This document shows positions 48,401 to 59,253 of a DNA stretch of 64,000 nucleotides, in pieces; within the stretch, counting starts at the first letter, position 1, and every line of letters starts with the position of its first letter. The notes beneath the pieces were generated by a model, which searched no databases, was not told the DNA's origin, and saw nothing but the letters and a program-made list of their open reading frames with translations. The position numbers and the translations under genes are program-made. The DNA comes from a virus. Its lineage: Duplodnaviria > Caudoviricetes. The stretch lies in the IMG/VR virus record IMGVR_UViG_3300035676_000001. One strand, given 5' to 3'.

Positions 48401-51400
48401 ATTAATCTTGTAAGCATATACTGTGCTTGGTAGACGATCTGTAACTACTCCAACAGAATTTAAAGTTGAACCAATGCCTACAGATGTTGCACCAATTCCC
48501 AAGAAGGTTGAAGTTGGTCTATAAATCAGTTCTTCCCCAGTGCTAAAGAAATGATTTGTTAGAGTAAATTCTCCAGATGCAAAATCCAATACAGAACTAT
48601 CTGATGGATCAAAGGTCTTCATAAAAATTGGATACCCTTGATAGTTTAATTCGAAGTTCAGTCTGTTAATATTATCACTATTTGGGGAGTAATATCTTGA
48701 AGTTTTGACCGATTCGATTATACTTGCATACTCCAAATCGGATGGTGTATTAATTTCATCAATTTCAGTATAGAATTTTTCATTGAATGAGAGAATTTCG
48801 AATGTTCCAGTTAATGAAGAGTCTGGATAGAACTTTAGATTTGCTGTTGATCCAGAAATTTCTCCACCAAATGTTCCGATACCTGTAGTGCTTCCAACGG
48901 ATAAGAATGGGTATTGGACACTGTAAGTTTCATTCGAATCTGCAATCATCATTACTTGATGTAATGCACTAGTATTACCAATACTAACTTTTATTGTTGA
49001 TTTGACGGAAGTGAATACATTAAGATCTAATGATACTACGGTAGAAGCAGAAGAGACATTTGAATAATTGGAGACATAATTTACAGTTCTTTCATATCCA
49101 TCAGGTTCTCCAGATTCTTTAAATCTATATGTTCCAACTCCTGCAGCAGTTGTATTGAATCCAATATTTTTGCTTCTAACTATAACGCCATTTGATGAAG
49201 TATTCGTATAGTTTAATGTAAGAACTCCACCAGAAATTGATGCTCCAAATGACCCTATAAAATTGCTGCTTAATTCATCATTAGAATCGAAATAGAATTC
49301 AGTGATATTTGTATCGGTTCCATCATGATCTACATATACTTCCACATAATTCATTTCATTTGTGGTAGTGTCAAGAATATGAATATTAGAATATAGAGAC
49401 TCTAATGATGATGTACTTTGGGAAATTAATGTTGTAGTAATTCCAGAAGATACTGAAGCGTTAGATCCGATTAAATCTACAAATCCAATTGATGTTGTTC
49501 CAATTCCACTAAAGAAAGTTGAAAAATTGGTGTTTAAAATTTTAATCTTATAATCTTCACTGTAAGGATCGATTGGATTAAATCTTAAGTAGAAATTACC
49601 CAAATCATCTACAAATCCAGAAATATCTCCAATTTGGTCATCAAGATTGGTTATGCTACTCTTTTCAAGAGTATAAATGTTTGTATCACTATTAATTATT
49701 ACTACTTCAGTAAATTGAATTTTTGTATAATCATTATTTGTTACTTGAATCAGATATCTATTGTGCTTTTCTAATGGAGAAATTGGCAATAGATTTGTAA
49801 AATTATTAACAGCAGAATCGGAACTTGAAAATTCTGAACTAATATCATCAATGTCCAGAACTCTATTTGTGCGGCACTCAATATAGTCTGCAAGCCTTCT
49901 ATTTTTAAACTTCAAGAACTTGGATGTACCGTTAATTGTGTCCACATCAACAACTAAATCAAAATTATTGATAGTATCAACTCTGCGTTCATCAATAATA
50001 TCGTAAAGAATATCAGTAAATTCTCCTACAGTTGTAGTTCCTACTCCAACATTTTGCGTAATTGTAGTGTCTGCAAAATTCTTCAGTCCACTTGGGTGAA
50101 GAATGCTATTGACTGGTGTAACAATATCTACCCATTCTTGGTTACTCTTGATAGAGTATGAAAGATTTTGGTAATAATCATTGTCTGGAATAACTTGACC
50201 ATCCTCATCCAACTTTCCAATATCATCAGACCATCCAAGTTTTTGACTTGATCCATAACCTACTTCAAATTGTCCTGTGGTTTTTTCTACCGCATTAACA
50301 GTTGCTAGATTACCAGATTGTACACCACGAATTATTTCATTTGCTGATAATTCATATTTTCCTGATACTTTGATATAATTTTCATTATACTGGACTACCT
50401 GCAAATCTTGAACATCAAATCCAGTTTCATTTTTTACCGATAAAGTTTCACCAATAATGAAAGGAGAATATGTTTGTGATGCTTCAAATTTTGGATAATT
50501 ATTGTAATTGACAATTGAAGCATAAGATTCTTGTATAGTTTTTGCTATACCAACATTTGTAGATAATCCGACAAGACTATATTCTAATTTTCTTGGAAGA
50601 ATAGTCGCCGCATTTTCATATGCTACTACTTCAAAGAAACCATATCCATAATCCTCAGAATTAAATCCATCACCATCTAAACTATACTTTTGAATACCTT
50701 CAACATAAATTTTATCTCCAACAGCAAATGGTTCTGTACCAAAACCAGCAAGGGGAGTCACGAGATAACAAGTTACTATTCCAGAGGAAGATGATGAAAT
50801 AGTTTGAATTCCAATACCATTACTATTATTGATTGACTTAATTTCTACAATAGATGATGGTAGTCCTTTTGGTTGCTGTAAAATATCAACGGAAACTATT
50901 CCAGTTCCAGATACATTGGCTGAAATGTATCCAGAATCTATACGCTCCTTTGACTCACTATCTACAATAATTAAATCTGGAGTGCTAGTATAATTTTTAC
51001 CACCATCCAGCACCGTTACTTTTGAAATTGTATTCGCATTTTTAATCGTAACTAATGATGGAATTGCTGCAGTTGGGCGTAGAGTCTTATCGGAAGGATA
51101 TTCAAAACCTTCATTTAAAATTCTTGTTTGATTAATTTTCCCAATACCATCAGATTTTGCAATTAAATATGCACCTTGACCGTTTACAGATTCTGTTCCT
51201 TTAAAAATAGGAATTTTATTATATCCAACTCCAGAAGAAATTGTTCTGATTTTAGAAATTCCACCGGAAGCAGTTCTAGAATTTGTTGTATACTTCAGAA
51301 CTTCACATTCGGAAGAATCATAAGATAATTTTTCTGGAATATATTGAAGAGAAATATCGAATGTTGTTGTACCAACACCCGAAATGGAATATTCTCCACT

Positions 51401-54400
51401 ATAACCACTCTTAACGAAATTAATTTGGGAATAATTATTAATCTCAGTATCTGCAGTGCTAATATATCCTGATTTTTCTAATGCATAAAATAATTTCGTT
51501 GGAAGACCTTCACTATAATTTAAAGTTAGTGAAGCATTTGTAGATACACCTACAGTTCCAATTCCTGTGGTTGAAAATACTGTTGTGGATCCGGTTGAAA
51601 CGAATTCATCTTTAAAAGTATCATCATAGAATAATTTTAGATTGTATCCAGATAGTGATGAATTGGATAAATCAAATATTAAATTATTATTAGAGACTCC
51701 ATTAATTACTGGATTAATTGGACCAAGTTTATGAGTTGATACAGGAGCATTTGTAATATTTACAGATAATGGTGGATTTGAGGTTGAATCAATTAATGTT
51801 TCACACAATTTAATTGTTTCATTGTCCACTTTATAAACATAATAAATTCCAGTAGATAATCCTGCAGCAATTGTTCCCGAAGTCGAATATACTACTTTGT
51901 CCCCAGTATTCAAATTATGATTTGAAATTGTAATTTCATCTGTAATTGTATTGATTCCTGAAGAAGTGAATTCGATAGGATTAATGATGAGTTTTTCTCT
52001 GATTGAGTCATATTCGACACGAATTGCTGTTGAAGTTCCAATTCCGACAGAAAGATTTGGTTTTACATCAAGAGTAATACTATCACCAGAATAAAGATTA
52101 TGTACAGTAGAAATGGAAACAGTTGAAACAATATTATCAATATCACCCTTGATTTGATTAAAATTGGATTCTATTGAATACCGATAATCATCACTTCCAT
52201 TATTCCTAAAGAATAATCCACTTGTAGTAGTTGTGAGTCCAATCTGAGTTACAATTCCAATATGATCATTAGATTTTTTAATGACATAAACTATCTGAGA
52301 ATCTCCACTACTTGGTAGATTGAATGATGCACTTGTTTCAGTATTTGCTACTGAAATTGCTGATGATGAAGATAATTTTCTCAGAATTACTTGTTGATTG
52401 GTTGCAAATGGATGCTCTGGGAGATAGATTGTTTGAGTTGGAATAGAAATTGTATATGAACGAGTTCCTACAGTATATCCAACACCTATACCAATTCCAG
52501 ATGTTGATCCTACACCTATAGATTGTTTTGGATTGAAATATACTGTGTCATTTACTTTTGATTCAAAATATGGAATTGATTTACTTACAGTAAAAGTATT
52601 TGGCAAATAGCTAACAATACTAGTTGCTGTATGTGCTGCACCTGTAGATTGCCTTACAACTCTAAGAACACTATCATTTCCATAAACATTAAGTACTGAT
52701 AAAATTTCATTATCAATTTTAATACTGCTACCAATTGAAATATTTTCTGGTATTCTGGAAACATAAATGTCGGTTACGACTCCAGCAACAGAATATGCTG
52801 GAATATCCTTCATTAAACTGGTTGTAAATGAAGTAACTCCTATCTGATTAAATCCATTAAGTTGACTCAGTTCTGTAGAAAATCCAGATATTGTTACATA
52901 GTCCAAATTGTTAAATGTATGATATGGTGGTACGGAAACTTCTACTTCGTTACCACCTTTCCAAGTAACTATGACATTATCATATGAAGTTACTGTGGTT
53001 TGTAAGTTTGAAATATCCTTTCCAGTAATTGCCGAAACTTGTGCTGATAATCCAGACCCTCCAGTATTCGATTGATCAAATAATAAATTATCACCTACTT
53101 TATATCCATCACCTGCATTAATAATATCAAATTCTTCTACAGAACCTGTAGTCACAGAATCTACGATAGTTAACTGATTGATAACCTCATTTGACTCCAC
53201 AATAAAATCATTTCCAGCATATTCTTCATTTACTTTATATGGTAGTGTATTTCGGATAAGATTTGATTTATTGAAATCAAATGTCTGATTCAGAGAAGTA
53301 TTTTCCGAAATAAATTTAGATCTATAACTTTCTCCGATAAAGTATGGGAATTGTCCCACCAAATTACCGAATACATCTTCCACACAAGTTGCAAAATATG
53401 CATAGATTCCATTTGGAAACTCTGGAGTTATACAATATCTTCCATTATATTCATCCAAATCTCCGGAATTTGTGAATTTATAATCTTCAACAAAGAATCC
53501 ATCATCAAATCCAGATGGTCTATTTTCAATATTAGAAGTATTTAAAGTGTATCCAGAGACTAGTCTCTTAATTTGAGAGTTATTATTTTCTGGGTCTGAA
53601 TATCCATAAGAACCATAGATTGGATTTCCATCATATGCCCAACCAATAATTGGTGAATGCGATTCACCACTATCATTTAATTCATCTTGGATTTTTTGAG
53701 AATATCCACAAACGCTGTACTGTAAATTATTTTTGGAAGAAATGACTAATTCATTTGAAATTTCTCTACTGTCATTCTCTTCCCCATAGAGCAAGGTTTT
53801 GTTGATGCTTACCGATCTTACTTGTGGATCTAATATTGCATTTTTACCAGCAGATACTACGGATATTGATGTATTTGTGGTACTATATCCAGCTCCAGGA
53901 TTTACAATTACTGCATCAACAATTTTATTATTGACAATTATTGGTTTAATTAAAGCACCAGTTCCACTACCATTTACTACAATATCTGGAATGGAATAAT
54001 ATTCCGATCCCCCATATTGAATATTTACATCTTCTATTCTTCCATTTATGACTATTGGTATAAACTGAGCATTTTTTCCATTTTTTATAAAGATTTGAGG
54101 TTTTTTATGAACATTGAGGATATTGGATCCATAATCCGATCCTTGCTCATAAACATAAACATCAGTAATCTCTCCTCTTACGATAGGAGTAGCAACAATA
54201 GAACCAGTAATCTGCGTACTACCAACACCTACAGAACTATAAGTTACTGATAAAGAAATTTCAGGATAACTGAAAATTTGATATCCAGACCCAACACTAT
54301 CAAACTTAACATAATTTCTTCTTTGGTAATTTTCTACAGATGTTCCACCGATGCCAGCATTGGCAAGTCTGAATGTACTATCGTCTACCTTAAGGATATA

Positions 54401-57328
54401 ATATTGATTCGTTGTAGATAGACCACTAATTCCAGAAGTTTGGTAAGTATAATTTACCAGTTCTCCATCCAAAAATCCGTGATTAGTAAAAGAAACTGTA
54501 CTTTCAACTGTAGATATCCCAATAGGATTTACTCTTAATTTTCTATTCTGATAATTAGAACCTGGATTTATGATTTTAATATCAGTTAAAGTTTTCTTTG
54601 GTTCTGTTTTGAATTTGTGTGTTCCAGAAGTACCAATTGTGGTAAAACCTACTGTATTAATTCCAGATCTATAATCAGATAATTTTTGATAAATTTGAAT
54701 TGTGGTATCACTAATATATTTTGTATAATAAGTGGCACCAGTTTTTAATGTTAATCCTGTGTTAGCATCCGACCCAGCATAAGTTCCAATTCCTAATGGA
54801 GAATTGTTGCCAGAATCGTAAATGATTGGTTGACCATTTACTAAACCATGAGAAGATGGGAATGTAATCGTCTCAAATGTAGTATCTACTCCTCCACCAA
54901 ACCCAAGTTGTTTAGCATCAAATTCTAGTTCTCTTCTTCGTGTCTCAATTACTGGTTCAAATGATGCTCCTTTACCATTACCTCCAGTAAGTGTTATAGA
55001 AACTAAAACATCGATATCAAAATCCTGAGGACTTACATAAATCCTTTCAACAGAACCTTTAACAACTGGTTGTAAGAGAGATGAACCAGATGATGGAGAA
55101 ATTGATGGTGGATTAATTACATCATAATTCGTTCCACCATTTAATACATTAACAGATTTTAATGGACCATAATAAATCTTATCATCTGTCTTATAACCAC
55201 TAATTTCAACACCATTAATCAGCATACCAACCGATCCGACTGGTGTTAAATCAGATTTCCCATCTGCAATGTTTACATTAAGTGGGAACTTTCTTAAAAG
55301 TTTTTGTGCAGATATTAGATTTTGTTTTTGAGTATTGAGAGTAAAGATGTGTGTACCAGATGTTAGTTCACCAAACTGAATATAACTATTGGTCCCAACA
55401 AAAGACCTTGATGCATACAAACGAATCTGAGTCTTATCATTAATTACTTCAACATAATAAGTTCTTTCAGACAATCCAGAAATAGGAGAATCTGAGAATG
55501 AATAGTATATTTCCGAACCAGTGAAGAAGGATGCTTTTTCGGAAAAATTTATGATTGAATATTTTCCAGTATCAGAATCTTGTCCAGATACGGAAATTGC
55601 TTCATACCTAAAGATATTTTTATCAATCTCATATGATGGTAATGAGTTTGATGCAACATACATGTACTCATTATTTTCATTGTATACATTTTGAGTATCC
55701 GATGTCAGAGAGTCGTATTCTAGAGGAACAATAGAACTGGAAGATACATTTAATTTTCTTCTGATATCGTAGTCAAATGATGGGCTTAAAGTAAAGGACC
55801 CATTAGTGGTAACTTGATTATTATTAATTTGAGTTACAACTAAGTCAGAAATAATTACAACTTCACTATTTCTATTTAAAATTTCAATTGTATCACCAAC
55901 CTTTAAACTTGATTTGTCAATTGAACTTTTAAGAATTACCTGAGAGATTACTCCTGAAGAAAAACTACCTATCTGATATCTGGAACTTGTGTTATAAATC
56001 CAACTATTTGCAAAAATTTCTTTAAAAGTTTTATCTTGTTCTGGATTTTCAATAACTTCTCCAAGATTTCTAATTCCAATTTCTTCCCCAATATCAATTG
56101 AGGACCCTTGTGAGATTGCTTTAAAATTAGACAGTACTCCAGTGAGTCTTAATTCAACTTTATTTGAGGTATCTCCATTTTCATATCCATAATAAGTTTC
56201 ATCAGATCTAATAGTATCTGTTGGATTAAGTTGCTCATCAATTCCAGAACAACCAAAAAATTGATTAATACTTTTACTCGTATAGGTAATAATATTATTT
56301 CCAGAATATAAAGTTCCAGATTCAGGAAATCCAATTGTAGAATCTACAGTAATAATTTCCGAACCAATTGTTGCTGTTTGAATTACTCTAGTACTTCCAG
56401 TAATATTAAAAGTTCCCGTTATTGTTGGGAAAGCGTCATCATATCCAACAAATAAGAGTAACTTATAATATGTTTTTCCACCTCTTCGAATTATTTCAAC
56501 TTCCGAAACAGAAGCACTAGTATTATCATCTGTGCTTTTTTTGATAGTTTGTCCAGAAAGAAGTAAAGGATCTCCAGAAATTCTTTCAGCAACAACTATC
56601 TCTCTTCTAATAAATGATGCGGAAGATGGTTTGATTAGGAATTTTTCTAAATCAATAACTTTTGGTGTCTCTCCAAATAAGACATTAAAAAGAATTCTAA
56701 ATGATTCATCAGTTCCTTTTGACTGATATAATGTTTTTGCTTCTCTAATGAAGTTCCCTACATTCAGATCGGAGACGAAATCTACACTCTCCAATCCTGG
56801 GGTTAGAGAATATTTAAGTTTTTTATAAAATTCTTGGAGAAAGAGTGCGCTTAGATTCTCTACATTTGCGCTATCATTATGTTCTGAGGCACTAGATTGT
56901 GAAAAAACTAAATCTTCATAATTTAATTCTTTATGGTAATTAGTGATTGCACTAAATCCACGGATACATCCAGTAAATTCAGTTGCTGTGAGTCCAATAT
57001 ATGTAATTATTTCATCATCAATCTTCAATAATCCATAAGTTGCTGGAAATCCCTTTGTACTTGAGACAGCAATAGTTGTGGATGTAGATGAGATATCTCC
57101 AACCAAAGTTGTGGATCCTACAACAACTTCTGGAGTTAAACTATCTAATTTTAGATATTGGTCTAAATTCTCCCCAATATCAACGGGTCCTCCCTGATAT
57201 TCTTGGGAAATATAGTACTGCTTTAAAAATTCAGCAGCCTTTGGACTTTCATCTAAGATAAATTCTGGAAGTTGATTATCAATAATTTGCTGAACTTTTA
57301 CCCTAGATTCAAAACCAGTTTGTATCAT
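45455..57328 (-). CDS. Giant baseplate wedge initiator / structural protein (gp7-like), 3957 aa
   Basis: QLPEFI...FLKQYY, YQSKGTDESFRILF, HSPIIGWAYDGNPIYG and HPSGLKNF. Located between gp6 and gp8. Confidence 0.8.
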   Translation of the reverse strand: MIQTGFESRVKVQQIIDNQLPEFILDESPKAAEFLKQYYISQEYQGGPVDIGENLDQYLKLDSLTPEVVVGSTTLVGDISSTSTTIAVSSTKGFPATYGLLKIDDEIITYIGLTATEFTGCIRGFSAITNYHKELNYEDLVFSQSSASEHNDSANVENLSALFLQEFYKKLKYSLTPGLESVDFVSDLNVGNFIREAKTLYQSKGTDESFRILFNVLFGETPKVIDLEKFLIKPSSASFIRREIVVAERISGDPLLLSGQTIKKSTDDNTSASVSEVEIIRRGGKTYYKLLLFVGYDDAFPTITGTFNITGSTRVIQTATIGSEIITVDSTIGFPESGTLYSGNNIITYTSKSINQFFGCSGIDEQLNPTDTIRSDETYYGYENGDTSNKVELRLTGVLSNFKAISQGSSIDIGEEIGIRNLGEVIENPEQDKTFKEIFANSWIYNTSSRYQIGSFSSGVISQVILKSSIDKSSLKVGDTIEILNRNSEVVIISDLVVTQINNNQVTTNGSFTLSPSFDYDIRRKLNVSSSSIVPLEYDSLTSDTQNVYNENNEYMYVASNSLPSYEIDKNIFRYEAISVSGQDSDTGKYSIINFSEKASFFTGSEIYYSFSDSPISGLSERTYYVEVINDKTQIRLYASRSFVGTNSYIQFGELTSGTHIFTLNTQKQNLISAQKLLRKFPLNVNIADGKSDLTPVGSVGMLINGVEISGYKTDDKIYYGPLKSVNVLNGGTNYDVINPPSISPSSGSSLLQPVVKGSVERIYVSPQDFDIDVLVSITLTGGNGKGASFEPVIETRRRELEFDAKQLGFGGGVDTTFETITFPSSHGLVNGQPIIYDSGNNSPLGIGTYAGSDANTGLTLKTGATYYTKYISDTTIQIYQKLSDYRSGINTVGFTTIGTSGTHKFKTEPKKTLTDIKIINPGSNYQNRKLRVNPIGISTVESTVSFTNHGFLDGELVNYTYQTSGISGLSTTNQYYILKVDDSTFRLANAGIGGTSVENYQRRNYVKFDSVGSGYQIFSYPEISLSVTYSSVGVGSTQITGSIVATPIVRGEITDVYVYEQGSDYGSNILNVHKKPQIFIKNGKNAQFIPIVINGRIEDVNIQYGGSEYYSIPDIVVNGSGTGALIKPIIVNNKIVDAVIVNPGAGYSTTNTSISVVSAGKNAILDPQVRSVSINKTLLYGEENDSREISNELVISSKNNLQYSVCGYSQKIQDELNDSGESHSPIIGWAYDGNPIYGSYGYSDPENNNSQIKRLVSGYTLNTSNIENRPSGFDDGFFVEDYKFTNSGDLDEYNGRYCITPEFPNGIYAYFATCVEDVFGNLVGQFPYFIGESYRSKFISENTSLNQTFDFNKSNLIRNTLPYKVNEEYAGNDFIVESNEVINQLTIVDSVTTGSVEEFDIINAGDGYKVGDNLLFDQSNTGGSGLSAQVSAITGKDISNLQTTVTSYDNVIVTWKGGNEVEVSVPPYHTFNNLDYVTISGFSTELSQLNGFNQIGVTSFTTSLMKDIPAYSVAGVVTDIYVSRIPENISIGSSIKIDNEILSVLNVYGNDSVLRVVRQSTGAAHTATSIVSYLPNTFTVSKSIPYFESKVNDTVYFNPKQSIGVGSTSGIGIGVGYTVGTRSYTISIPTQTIYLPEHPFATNQQVILRKLSSSSAISVANTETSASFNLPSSGDSQIVYVIKKSNDHIGIVTQIGLTTTTSGLFFRNNGSDDYRYSIESNFNQIKGDIDNIVSTVSISTVHNLYSGDSITLDVKPNLSVGIGTSTAIRVEYDSIREKLIINPIEFTSSGINTITDEITISNHNLNTGDKVVYSTSGTIAAGLSTGIYYVYKVDNETIKLCETLIDSTSNPPLSVNITNAPVSTHKLGPINPVINGVSNNNLIFDLSNSSLSGYNLKLFYDDTFKDEFVSTGSTTVFSTTGIGTVGVSTNASLTLNYSEGLPTKLFYALEKSGYISTADTEINNYSQINFVKSGYSGEYSISGVGTTTFDISLQYIPEKLSYDSSECEVLKYTTNSRTASGGISKIRTISSGVGYNKIPIFKGTESVNGQGAYLIAKSDGIGKINQTRILNEGFEYPSDKTLRPTAAIPSLVTIKNANTISKVTVLDGGKNYTSTPDLIIVDSESKERIDSGYISANVSGTGIVSVDILQQPKGLPSSIVEIKSINNSNGIGIQTISSSSSGIVTCYLVTPLAGFGTEPFAVGDKIYVEGIQKYSLDGDGFNSEDYGYGFFEVVAYENAATILPRKLEYSLVGLSTNVGIAKTIQESYASIVNYNNYPKFEASQTYSPFIIGETLSVKNETGFDVQDLQVVQYNENYIKVSGKYELSANEIIRGVQSGNLATVNAVEKTTGQFEVGYGSSQKLGWSDDIGKLDEDGQVIPDNDYYQNLSYSIKSNQEWVDIVTPVNSILHPSGLKNFADTTITQNVGVGTTTVGEFTDILYDIIDERRVDTINNFDLVVDVDTINGTSKFLKFKNRRLADYIECRTNRVLDIDDISSEFSSSDSAVNNFTNLLPISPLEKHNRYLIQVTNNDYTKIQFTEVVIINSDTNIYTLEKSSITNLDDQIGDISGFVDDLGNFYLRFNPIDPYSEDYKIKILNTNFSTFFSGIGTTSIGFVDLIGSNASVSSGITTTLISQSTSSLESLYSNIHILDTTTNEMNYVEVYVDHDGTDTNITEFYFDSNDELSSNFIGSFGASISGGVLTLNYTNTSSNGVIVRSKNIGFNTTAAGVGTYRFKESGEPDGYERTVNYVSNYSNVSSASTVVSLDLNVFTSVKSTIKVSIGNTSALHQVMMIADSNETYSVQYPFLSVGSTTGIGTFGGEISGSTANLKFYPDSSLTGTFEILSFNEKFYTEIDEINTPSDLEYASIIESVKTSRYYSPNSDNINRLNFELNYQGYPIFMKTFDPSDSSVLDFASGEFTLTNHFFSTGEELIYRPTSTFLGIGATSVGIGSTLNSVGVVTDRLPSTVYAYKINNDKFKLSTRKDYALSGIYVTFTSAGQGNAHQLEMVKKNEKSIISINNVVQYPIAYSLINHTLNNQSQIGAGLTIFALSGISSVSLGDILKIDNEYMRVDNVGLGTTTIGPITFNGAVPLVEVTRGFVGSSSTAHNDLSAVNVYRGSFNIAGNEIYFTDAPQGSIEDQLGADLDNLDESRAYFNGRVFLKNDYTTNQVYDNISERFTGIGQTYTLSSQGIGTVGLGSTGGNGIVFINGIFQTPTTENNLSNNYNIIENTTVGVSSIVFSGITSTNGSIIISQSDVNMNQLPRGGMIVSLGSTPGLGYAPLVGASVTAIISGGSIVSIGIGTTGNYGSGYRNPVSIAVTESGHTGSAATITATVGAGGTLSFTVVGGGSGYTNPQINVSSPNYENLPVTGVSRLGIGNTTDTGIGLLLNVEVGASSTVGVGSTLFEVTGFKITRSGYGFKKGDVFKTVGLVTAYGIPSPVSEFQLTVLDTFTDSFGAWQFGELDYIDSIKDYQDGSRTRFPLYYNSELLSFERNPSDPDSQLIDFDSLLLIFINGILQQPKLSYQFNGGTSFTFTQAPKPEDNVAIFFYRGSSSDSVTVNINETLKIGDNLQVYSNNQLLGITTTQDLRTITDISSSDKVQTNLYTLQGIDTQNLKPVNWTKQKVDKIIDGNVVSKSRDSIESQIYPTAKVIKNISASDTEIYVDNAQFFNYENVSPGNIEFDALIISGAADPVSAAVTATVSVGGTIQALTINNAGSGYIGAAVTVSISAPPSIGVGIGTTATATISIVNGSLSTVTITNPGYGYTTSSVPQVLVPLPDPTYENISNVTTLQGFSGDITGITTSTGIGTALAIKFTLDSSLAPFTGLVVGQPIYIFNTSVGKGVTSIYTTDSAIVGVGTTFLDNIYNISAFNSSVGIITCNIQSTSPIVGIATTGSSVGKFSWGKLSGFTRSTSPISIAVSAYNVDAGLSTFPTIQRRGYGLRNIGPIKKTL

Positions 57329-57329
57329 A

Positions 57330-59252
57330 TTACGACCTCGTTAATTCCCCGTTCGAATAGCTTGATCTATAAGAGTTTTTTGAAAATACCACACCCGATA
57401 TATCATCGCCAGATGCAATAACATCCTTAATCATATTTATTGTGCTTTTAGAAACATCAAATGAAATATACAGATCCTTAAGACCTATAACATCGTTTGA
57501 TTCTGGGAATGCTTGAATTTCAATAATATCCCCATCTAAGTCAGTTGAAGTAATATTTAAAGCACCAAGAAGAATTTCACCAGTTTCATAATCAACTGTT
57601 CCAGCAGATTGAACTACAACTGGAGTTTCCATTACTGAAGTTGTACCAACACCAGAAATTACTGGATATGGTTTTACAATCGAAATTGTTCCAGTTTTCA
57701 AATCTTGATTAGGAGTATCTGTGAAATATACCGTATCTACTTCTCCAGAAATTTTAAATCCGGTTGATTTAATATTTTTTCCTGCGGAATTTACATGAAA
57801 CTTATTTCCATAACAAATTTCATATTGTGTTGGTTGGTTAATAAGTGCCTTCAAATCTCTTCTAATTCTAACCTTAGTGATGTTAGAAGTAATCGCAGCA
57901 TCAGTATTATCAATAACTTGAAGAGCTTTACTATACTTAAATCTTCCACCAAAGGTATTTAAATTGGTAGATTGCGAGTATGTTGTAAGGGAACTCTTAA
58001 CTCTTGTCTTTAAGTCTTCTACACTACCAACTTGAGAGTAATTATAATAAACTGATGAATCAATCTCAACATATAGAACTTTTAAATCTACAATTTCAGG
58101 ATTAATTCCTGCAACTGTATATTGCTTTAATTTGCTTTGAATTTGTTGTTTATTAAAATCTGAAACATAAGTTCCATTTTTTGGTTTGATGCTAATCAAT
58201 ACCTTACCAAATTGTGGAGGAGTTAGTTCTTCACCACCAACAACAGAAACTGACTCAGTATCTGGATAAACTTTTGATTTGATAATTGCCTCATAATCTC
58301 TGGCAGTAACCGCTCTATACTGAGAAGAGTAGATTCTAGGCGCAAAATACTTAATTGAATCTATTCCTTCAATATCCCCACCATTTTGAGATCTTTGATT
58401 TGTAGTTACCGTAATAGTATTTGTTGGAACAATAGTATTCCCACTAGCATCTTGTAAAGTTCCAGCAAAGGAAAATGTATCGGCACCATTTCCATCTTTA
58501 CCATCAGTTACAATATAAGTAACCGTAATAATTGCACCATTGTCTAATTTCTTACCGAAGTATCCATCACCAAAAAGAAGTTCGTATTTTTCATCTTGAA
58601 CTTCTTGAAGTAGATAAATTTCTGAGGTTGAATCAATATCAAAAATATTTTCTGCTAAAGAATATACTCTACCTAGTCCAGTATCACTTGTACCTTTAAC
58701 ATATACAACAATTGTTGAAGTGTCAATAAATGAGTTGTTTAGAATAAATCTCTGATCTAAAGAACCATCAACCGTAAATTGTTTTTTTAAAAATGTTCCT
58801 TCTTTAATTTTAAGATTGCTAAATGTTGCCGTTCCATTCACAACATCAGCAGAGACATTAGAAGGAGAAGAGAACACATAAGATGAACTATCAACGCTTC
58901 CTACGCACACTAGACCCGCCTGTAAGGTTAGTGTTGGAGTTGATGCGGCAGTGCTTATCGAAAATGTAACTTCCGCTGTAGAGGCGGTTCTGGAGCGTGG
59001 TACATAACCAACATTCCTTGCTAAGGAAACTACATTTTCTCTAACTGTTGCAGAATCCAAGAAGGATTCATTAACAGTCATGTTAGAGTTGAATGCTGTA
59101 ATATAAGTATTATATGCTAATGTATCAATCAGAACAGAAAAATTAGACCCCTCAAAGTCAAAATCCGTGAAATTGGAATTTGCACGGAGATAATCTTTGA
59201 TGGAGGTCTTTATCTGATCAAAATCTAGATTGGCGAACTTTGTAAAAGGCAT
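57330..59252 (-). CDS. gp6: Baseplate wedge protein gp6
   Basis: LDFDQIK...FTDFDFEGSN...LAYNTY...FLDSATVRENVVSLA and QYRAVTARDY. Confidence 0.95.
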   Translation of the reverse strand: MPFTKFANLDFDQIKTSIKDYLRANSNFTDFDFEGSNFSVLIDTLAYNTYITAFNSNMTVNESFLDSATVRENVVSLARNVGYVPRSRTASTAEVTFSISTAASTPTLTLQAGLVCVGSVDSSSYVFSSPSNVSADVVNGTATFSNLKIKEGTFLKKQFTVDGSLDQRFILNNSFIDTSTIVVYVKGTSDTGLGRVYSLAENIFDIDSTSEIYLLQEVQDEKYELLFGDGYFGKKLDNGAIITVTYIVTDGKDGNGADTFSFAGTLQDASGNTIVPTNTITVTTNQRSQNGGDIEGIDSIKYFAPRIYSSQYRAVTARDYEAIIKSKVYPDTESVSVVGGEELTPPQFGKVLISIKPKNGTYVSDFNKQQIQSKLKQYTVAGINPEIVDLKVLYVEIDSSVYYNYSQVGSVEDLKTRVKSSLTTYSQSTNLNTFGGRFKYSKALQVIDNTDAAITSNITKVRIRRDLKALINQPTQYEICYGNKFHVNSAGKNIKSTGFKISGEVDTVYFTDTPNQDLKTGTISIVKPYPVISGVGTTSVMETPVVVQSAGTVDYETGEILLGALNITSTDLDGDIIEIQAFPESNDVIGLKDLYISFDVSKSTINMIKDVIASGDDISGVVFSKNSYRSSYSNGELTRS

Positions 59253-59253
59253 T

